64,000 nt of DNA from Octopus bimaculoides (Eukaryota), in the NCBI RefSeq assembly GCF_001194135.2, contig NC_068987.1, positions 81,838,597 through 81,902,596 of the forward strand, read 5' to 3'. Within the stretch, counting starts at the first letter, position 1, and each line of letters opens with the position of its first letter. Made by a program: the position numbers and the translations under genes. The notes beneath the pieces are model-generated. The model was given only the letters and a program-made list of their open reading frames with translations, was not told where the DNA came from and ran no database searches. Positions 62,641 to 64,000 of this stretch are shown one piece after another.

Positions 62641-63592
62641 ATTTTTTTTTAAATAGTTATTTTATGAAAGTCTCCAGATTCTTTGAAAACTTCTGAAAAT
62701 TGAGTAAATCACAAGTAATATATTTTATCAGCAATATAATGAAAGGGTTATGTGAAAACTAGAAAAATTACGGAAAGGAAATGTAATATATTCTACATAG
62801 CACGTAGGTTAGAAATAATATTTATATAATTTGTAGATAAAACGGTTTGCTATCATGAGACATCTAAAAGAAAGCAACATTACGCGAAGCGTATGTACGA
62901 CAGATATGCAAGTTTAGCAAAGCTAACATTGATAAAATAATGGAATAACTAAAATGCCGTCGTGAACAAAGCTAACATGTATCCCATAGTTACTTGTACA
63001 ACACATCAATTCTAATTGGCTAACAATTTGTGGGGCCTATGATTATAAATTAGCTGTAAATATATCTTAACAACTGATGGTCATTTATTTCATTGCATCT
63101 GATGAATTCATATTGACGGCTTTATGTTATCGAGTGTGAACAAGATTTTATTGTTACGACAGCAGGTCTTCATTGTTAGCTTTGCTTACATGTAAAAAGG
63201 ACAAAAACGTGTAATATGGATAATTTGCAGTCTTCAAAGAGAAGTGACTGCTTGTGAAGTTTGATGCGATGCTGTGCACATGCATGCATTGATTATAGAC
63301 ACACACACACACACGCACGCATAGAGAGAGAGAGATACGAGAGGTGTGTCATATCATTTCATTTCCAGAAATGACATAAAAATTGCGCTAAACATGAATA
63401 CATCAATTTCAGTGTTTTACATGCAATCTTTGCACCATATAATCTAACGAGTGAACCGACTTGCAACCACTTGGCCTGCTAGAAATAGCAGTCAAATCCT
63501 CCACTCTAATCTCTCCTCATTCATTACATAGGCTTTCCAAAAATACAGTGATATATGAATCATCTCTACACACTTTGGTGTCAATGAATCTA

Positions 63593-63710
63593 TCATTTTG
63601 ATCCATTCAGAAACTTATGACCCAAAACTGCAAAGCTTCCACAGTCACATATTTTATTAATTATCTCTACCTTCTCCTGTAGAGAAATTACATGTCTTTT
63701 GTTAGGATCA
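63593..63710 (-). mobile_element. pogo/Tigger transposase N-terminal HTH remnant
   Basis: PNKRHVISLQEKVEIINKI...GSFAVLGHKF.N resembles the KR..I.L.EK.EII...G.S...I...F.N CENP-B psq-type HTH. Confidence 0.6.
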
Positions 63711-64000
63711 GGGTGACTACTTTGTAGGGTTTCCTGCTCACTGGTCCTACACTGACAGGTACGAGCACAAATCCCCCTAAAACATATGCAGCCTTGCACC
63801 ATGGTCATGTAAATACAAGTGACAGTTGGTGCATTGCAGGCGGTTGTTGGAGAGCGCTCTTGCAGTACAAGCAGAATCTTTGATCAGCGAAGCATAACAT
63901 GGTTCTCAACTGAGCGTATCTTATTCCAGATCAGTGATAAGCAATGTTATATGAATCTGTCTACGTAGAAAAGTAAATATTGGATATTGTAGTTTATGAC

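Noticed and set aside
62881-62900. Helitron 3' hairpin (tacgcgaagcgta)
   Set aside because: No CTRR terminus at the expected distance.

Overview
Eukaryotic, AT-rich, repeat-dominated draft-assembly sequence with many N-gaps and dense (TA)n/(CA)n/(ATT)n/(CAT)n microsatellites. The SINE/LINE families and microsatellite load look like a coleoid cephalopod, probably Octopus; this is my recognition, not a database check. No intact gene is identifiable. Most ORFs in the track are microsatellite, N-gap or antisense-repeat artefacts. Supportable content: at least 4-5 tRNA-derived SINE families; decayed RTE, R4/Dong, CR1 and Penelope-like retroelements; DD37D (maT) and other Tc1/mariner/pogo remnants; several MITE families; and a 1.36-kb long-TIR element (Academ/Sola-like). 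A phase-compatible chain of candidate minus-strand exons (49.2-59.7 kb) may belong to an unidentified host gene. The most interesting signal is several short families carrying minimal type-I hammerhead-ribozyme-like folds, one sitting directly behind a tRNA-like Pol III head. There are also several foldback hairpins and two segmental duplications that may be assembly artefacts. Repeat boundaries were placed by eye and are approximate unless TIR/TSD coordinates are given.
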